Assembly: GCA_010015805.1 (NCBI GenBank)
Contig: ML978122.1
Coordinates: forward strand, 592,453 to 656,452
DNA from: Rhizodiscina lignyota
Lineage: Eukaryota
Reading direction: 5' to 3'
Length of the DNA stretch: 64,000 nucleotides
The position numbers were made by a program, and so were the translations under genes. Positions 59,111 through 64,000 of this stretch are shown here, piece after piece (within the stretch, counting starts at the first letter, position 1; the number at the start of each line of letters is the position of its first letter). Below the pieces are notes generated by a model. The model worked only from the letters and a program-made list of their open reading frames with translations, had not been told where the DNA came from and made no database searches.

Positions 59111-61526
59111 CTTTCTCGCTGACTTGCAGAACGAACAACTCAGAGTGAGAGCCCGCCGAGATTGTAGATTTCAAAGGTATCCGAGAATGTTGAACAATGG
59201 TGTTGAGGATAATGTAAATGGATTTCTTTGTTTCTTTTGATGCTCTTTGATGTTTGAGTGTGAATTTCGAACTGAGTGAAGAAAAGAAGAAAGAGAATAC
59301 GGCGGTCGCAACATGAGTTTATTGTGTGCGGCATTTCTTTCAATGGGACTGGTTTTTAGACGTTGGACACAAATCAAAAGACGTTGAATATGGTGTTTAA
59401 CGTCGATGGCTCGTATCGGCCAGGTAGCTGCCTAGTCACCAAAGTCCAACGCCCCGTGCAAACAATTTGCCCCGAACGACGATACACGCATATCTAATTA
59501 GTGAGCCACGACCCCAAGGAAGATATAAGACGGAAAATATATGATATAAGACGTGAAGAGATGGAAGATTCATCATCGCAGAAACTGGGCTATCATAGTA
59601 GCCTCACAGCGGCAGCCAACCGAGACGATGGCATTATGAGCGCAAATATCGAATCGCCTCAGGTTGCATATTTCGAAGATGCCTTACAGAACTTCGTAAT
59701 CTACCATCTGGCCTTAGACAGCCATGCCAGCGTGGCACTTTTCGCAACTCTCATTGCGAATACAAGCGACAACTGGAACATCTCCTCGCAAGAACTGTGG
59801 CAGCGGAAGGCGGCGGTTCTCTGTTCATTACAAGGTCCTGCCAGTGGTCTAAATGCCAAGAAGGACCTAGATAGTATCGAGTAGTATATTCAACACCGTT
59901 TCGAGGAGAGTGTCGCTTCCGTTAACTGCCGCGTCGTTGACGGTATCTATTCATGACAAATCACATTAGACTTGATAGACTCAATACTGACAGATCACTT
60001 ATTCCATTGCGACAAGGCATAAAGGCGGTAGAGGAAACTTCGGGCGTGAATCCCCAATTGTCGTACTGTGATAGCGGATGCTTCCGTCGGTGTTGCACTT
60101 GATGCGCGGCCGTTGCGAGGAGACTGCGGCTCTTGTTGAGATACTCGGGACATAGCAGAATTCTGCTTGCTCCGGTGCAGCGACCCTTCATCAATAACAC
60201 TGACGCACTGACTGGATCTCGAACGGCATCTCCTCACTGCTCTGCTCTTCCGCGCCTGGGATATGATCGAGTGCTCATTACCGAGTCGCGACAGCATCGG
60301 TAAAGTTGATGAGAGGACCAGCGAAGCGACACACCTTGCTGGCAACGATACAATCCATTGGTCCGGGAACAGATTGGTTAATGAGAGGTCGTGGATGGAA
60401 TTTCTCCACGATTTGCCAGTATTGATAGCACATAACGTGATCATGAAACATGCCGTGCACGTGCAATGACGAGCGGAATGAAGATATTTAACCATAAGCG
60501 GACAAGAAGAAAACACGGGAGCCAGGGGCCATCCCGCTAAAGAAACACAGAAGACGTCTCAGGTTCTTCTTGTCTGCGCCAAAGTGCACACGGGAGCGCC
60601 AGATGCCGCCGAGGGTCGATGAAGCGTGGAACTCACCACACGCCAATGAGAGGCAGGTGTGGGGCGACTGTTTCAGGATGGCCTCGCCCTGACATCGCTC
60701 TCCCAGTCAGAGCGCGCCTCTTGTCCAACGCCCACCACTCCCTCCACCAAACGACTGCCGCCAGGCCAGGGCCTCCTGGACCCCGAAACAGCGCGCATGC
60801 GTGATGATCACCACAGCGCGAGGCAGGATCGCCTCGTTGCGTGCCAGATTTGACTTATGTCGTCCAGGCCGCGCCAGTGCAGATGCTGATCCTGTGGTGA
60901 ACGAGAGCGTGTACTCTCACTCCTGTGAATACCCTATTTACATTCGTACCCTTCTTCACGTCTGTGACGACTCTTGTTAGCTTCAGCGAAGCTCTCACTG
61001 ACTTTAATTCCTTTCGCCTTCTTTTCCTTGCAGTGCGCGGCGCGTTCTCGCAATTTTGCTGGCTTGGTCGCGTCCGGTTATGACGCCCATTGTATCCCTC
61101 TGCTAGACCCTGGATATCGTCCATTCCGCGTGCCTTGCGTGCGTTTCATTGTGATTGTCGGCGGCCGGGCACAATTGTCGAGACGAACGGAGAGTTTTGG
61201 GAGTCTTCAGCCCCGCGGCGTAGTTGCTCAAGAGCCGCGGAGTGGTTCGGAGCATTTGAACGAGGCAGGCACTGCCACGAAGCACAGCAGGAGCAACTAC
61301 CTTTTCGGCCCCAGCTGTCAGTACTCCAACTATTCCCCCGGAATTAAAATGTCTAAATTTACACCAGCTGATACGAAATATAGGTTTCACTCCCCTTAAA
61401 GTCAATTCTGCGCTCGGTGTTTGGTGTTGTTACACTTGCGACGAAGTTGATGAGCCATCGTCCATAACAACCGCCCTCCTTCCTCCAAACAAGCTCACAA
61501 CAACACCTCACAACAAGCACACAACT

Positions 61527-62306
61527 ATGGCGAAATCAATACGACTAACGGCCTTCGCGCTCATTCCACTCTGCGCCGTACTCACCGATGCCGTATCTCT
61601 CGCTGATTTCAAACCTGGACTTCAAGATGTCCCAGACCCATGCGCAAGCGTCTACATGCAGGACATAGACGGATGCACGCCTCAAGACTTCGCAGTCAGC
61701 TGCTCGAGAGGTTGCATTAGTGGACTGGTTGCCATCAACAGAAAAATCGCCGCCAGCTGTTCTCAGTTCGACGCACCGTCCGGCTCGCTCATAAGCTTCT
61801 TCCAGGATGGAAATGGCATACAAGTTCTGTGCAATGTGGAGGTTGTCACAGCATCAACATCGTCTAGCGCTGCGACCTCCATTGGCGAGAGCACGATGTC
61901 GCTCCCTTCATCAGTACCTACTTCCTCGAGCTTGATCTTCGACACGAGCATGGCCCCGCAACCTCATGGATCACCATCGTCGTCCTCGTCGTCCTCATCT
62001 TCTTCGCCCACCGGTATCCTCACAGCCACTGGCTCTCCCACGCAATCGCAACAAACGCCCACACCATCTTCATCCTCACAACAAGTTACGCTAGCTACCA
62101 CCGCTCGTCCTTCCTCGTCGAGTTCCACTTCGTCGTCTACCTCTACTTCGTCTGCCCCTGCAGTACAATCAGAATCATCAGGCAATGACGGCAGTGGAGG
62201 AGATCCGTTCGCGACAACTGCAGGAGCGCCTTCGAATCGAGACGTGTCGTTCGCGCTGCTTACCATCCCGCTTGCAATCGCCGCTTTCACAATCTTCTCA
62301 GTATGA
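61527..62306 (+). CDS. Secreted Cys-domain, Ser/Thr-rich protein, probably GPI-anchored
   Basis: Signal peptide, six-Cys N-terminal domain, Ser/Thr stalk, hydrophobic C-terminus VSFALLTIPLAIAAFTIFSV. Confidence 0.85.
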   Translation: MAKSIRLTAFALIPLCAVLTDAVSLADFKPGLQDVPDPCASVYMQDIDGCTPQDFAVSCSRGCISGLVAINRKIAASCSQFDAPSGSLISFFQDGNGIQVLCNVEVVTASTSSSAATSIGESTMSLPSSVPTSSSLIFDTSMAPQPHGSPSSSSSSSSSSPTGILTATGSPTQSQQTPTPSSSSQQVTLATTARPSSSSSTSSSTSTSSAPAVQSESSGNDGSGGDPFATTAGAPSNRDVSFALLTIPLAIAAFTIFSV

Positions 62307-63177
62307 TCGGGCTAACAACAACCGACCCCGGATCGTCTCATACGACTACACATACGATGTCAGTATATGTCGGTCCTTGTCGAGAGATTAAATCGCGGAT
62401 GTTGTTTTTATTGTTTTTTCAGGAGTCTTAATGATACCCACCCAAACGGCTAGCATATGGCAAGGCGTTGCTGTACATTTGTACCATTACGGTTCTGTTT
62501 TACTACAGCCCTCGGATACGGGCTCTCACGAATAATGTCACTCGTTAGACGGCGATGCATTGGCGGCGCAGATGAAAGCATGGCTGTTGTTATGCCGCAT
62601 GCATCGGCTGGTTTTGAAATTTTGATGTCGCTCGCTTGCAGAAGGTACCAACGGCTCTGCGCATGAGATGAGCAACAAAGGGTACGAAAGAAGAAAAGCA
62701 AGGTATAGCCAAACAGTCCAAGGACATCTGTAAGGAATGTCTGTACCACCAGTGTAAAAGCTAGTACTTCAGATGAATCGAACAAACGATCAGAAATTTA
62801 TCGTGGTCGGTTCTCATTCGTGTCGTGGTGTGCATCAATGATCCGCATTGAGATCATATGACACTATTTTATCTAAGACACCAAATAAGGCGTATAGTAG
62901 ATACAGGATGGTATCATTTGCAGGGGTCATCAACGACCTCTGGGTTGGCATCGTGAGTTTTCTGTCTTGCAGGAAGTGTTCTTTCTACAAGACCCAGACG
63001 AGACGACTGCCACACCTCCTGCGACTCTCAGGAAGCTAATCGTAGCGGAATCATTGTCCTCGCATGAGTGGGCTTGTCTCGAAATCGCCTGATGTTCTGG
63101 CCATCTTCGAGGGCAAGGGATCTCATGCAAATCGCCGTACTCATCTTGATGCCCGCGTCGGTAACCCTTCCAGACTC

Positions 63178-64000
63178 TCAGACCTCAGCAATCTTCTCTT
63201 TCGCAGCCGCTTCCTCCCACAGCCTCTGCACCGCTGGTTCAAACAGCTCCTCAACCCACAGCACGCCCTTCAGCCGCTCATGCGCGTACTCCACCTCCTG
63301 CCAATTCCGCGGTCCAGGCAAGCTCGCGATCGCCTCGACGGTCACACTCCCGCTCTTGATAGTGCTCGGGCCGTTCATCCGCGCAGCGACAATCTTGTGA
63401 ATGTACTCGGCGTAGAAATCTCGATCGTCTGTGTCCTCGGCGCAGATGCCACCGACGAAGAAGAGCCAGAGCAGCACGTCGCAGATGGTGCCGAGGAAGA
63501 TGAGATCGTCGAGGGAGAGTAGCGCGACGCGGAGGCGGGATGCGATTGTGGCCTTTGCGGTGCCGTACCAGATGTCTCTGGAGAAGCAACTGTGCTGGGA
63601 GAGGATGCGCGCCCAGTCGAGCGGACGCATGAGCAGGACGAGGAAGCCGGAGAAGCCAAGGGCCATTGTTTGCTCTTTGTTGTCCGAGATATGGTACGTG
63701 CCGTCCGAGTTCAACAGGCTCAGAAAGCGCAGGGAAAGTAAACAGCACTCGTTGAGAATGTCGATGACATCGAAGCAGCGCGGAAGATGGTTTAACGGCA
63801 TGCCAAGCGAGGAGCGCAGCCACATGTGGTAGATTGCTGTGAAGTGGATGACGGAATGAGCGAGAGACTGGATGGAAGGGGAATGGATCACGTGGCTGAA
63901 GACATTTGTGGATTCCACGACAGTGTCGTACCGGACAGTGAAGGAGTTTGGCCTTGTGATATTGAGTACGCTCGCAAGATCCACGTTCGGGGATAGCCAG
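63178..64000 (-). CDS. 3' part of a probable fungal-specific transcription factor; gene continues beyond the window
   Basis: Open frame >268 aa with LLWLFFVGGICA...RDFY and WQEV...LKGVLW.EELFE.....LW, a pattern typical of C-termini of Zn2Cys6-associated domains. No DNA-binding domain in view. Confidence 0.55.
   Translation of the reverse strand, partial: WLSPNVDLASVLNITRPNSFTVRYDTVVESTNVFSHVIHSPSIQSLAHSVIHFTAIYHMWLRSSLGMPLNHLPRCFDVIDILNECCLLSLRFLSLLNSDGTYHISDNKEQTMALGFSGFLVLLMRPLDWARILSQHSCFSRDIWYGTAKATIASRLRVALLSLDDLIFLGTICDVLLWLFFVGGICAEDTDDRDFYAEYIHKIVAARMNGPSTIKSGSVTVEAIASLPGPRNWQEVEYAHERLKGVLWVEELFEPAVQRLWEEAAAKEKIAEV

Noticed and set aside
1..64000. tRNA or rRNA genes and secondary-metabolite core enzymes (PKS/NRPS)
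   Set aside because: None recognised by eye; a tRNAscan-SE/Infernal run would be needed to exclude small RNAs.

Overview
Intron-containing genomic DNA of a filamentous ascomycete (Pezizomycotina; GT-AG introns with CTRAC/CTAAC branch sites, RIP signatures). About 25 genes or gene remnants are visible. The window opens inside a heavily RIP-mutated hAT DNA transposon whose right end (3409) interrupts a 2OG-Fe(II) oxygenase-family gene; the tandem paralogue next door is also broken. Then follow a phospholipase D, a divergent pair made of a stand-alone M35-propeptide-like protein and a deuterolysin (M35) protease, kinetochore Fta4, two secreted genes built from one Cys-rich module, the thymine-salvage pair isoorotate decarboxylase and thymine-7-hydroxylase separated by a secreted GMC oxidoreductase, a DsbA/FrnE protein and a hypothetical gene. 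A ~4 kb repeat-laden island (32.35-36.3 kb) carries two divergent paralogues plus a third decayed partial copy of a small protein with a PemK/MazF-like sequence pattern. Next come three mitochondrial translation genes (mL38, mtIF3, uL4m), a CorA-like protein, a Ser/Thr-rich single-pass membrane protein, a TALE-homeobox/C2H2 factor, a small hydrophilic protein, an HSL-type hydrolase, a PTH11-like membrane protein, an intronless neprosin-family gene with one in-frame stop, an HExxH protein with a GW-rich tail, a probable GPI protein and a partial transcription factor. The best candidates for undescribed systems are the MazF-like island and the protease/free-propeptide pair. All family assignments come from motif recognition by eye; no searches were run, and exon boundaries are manual.
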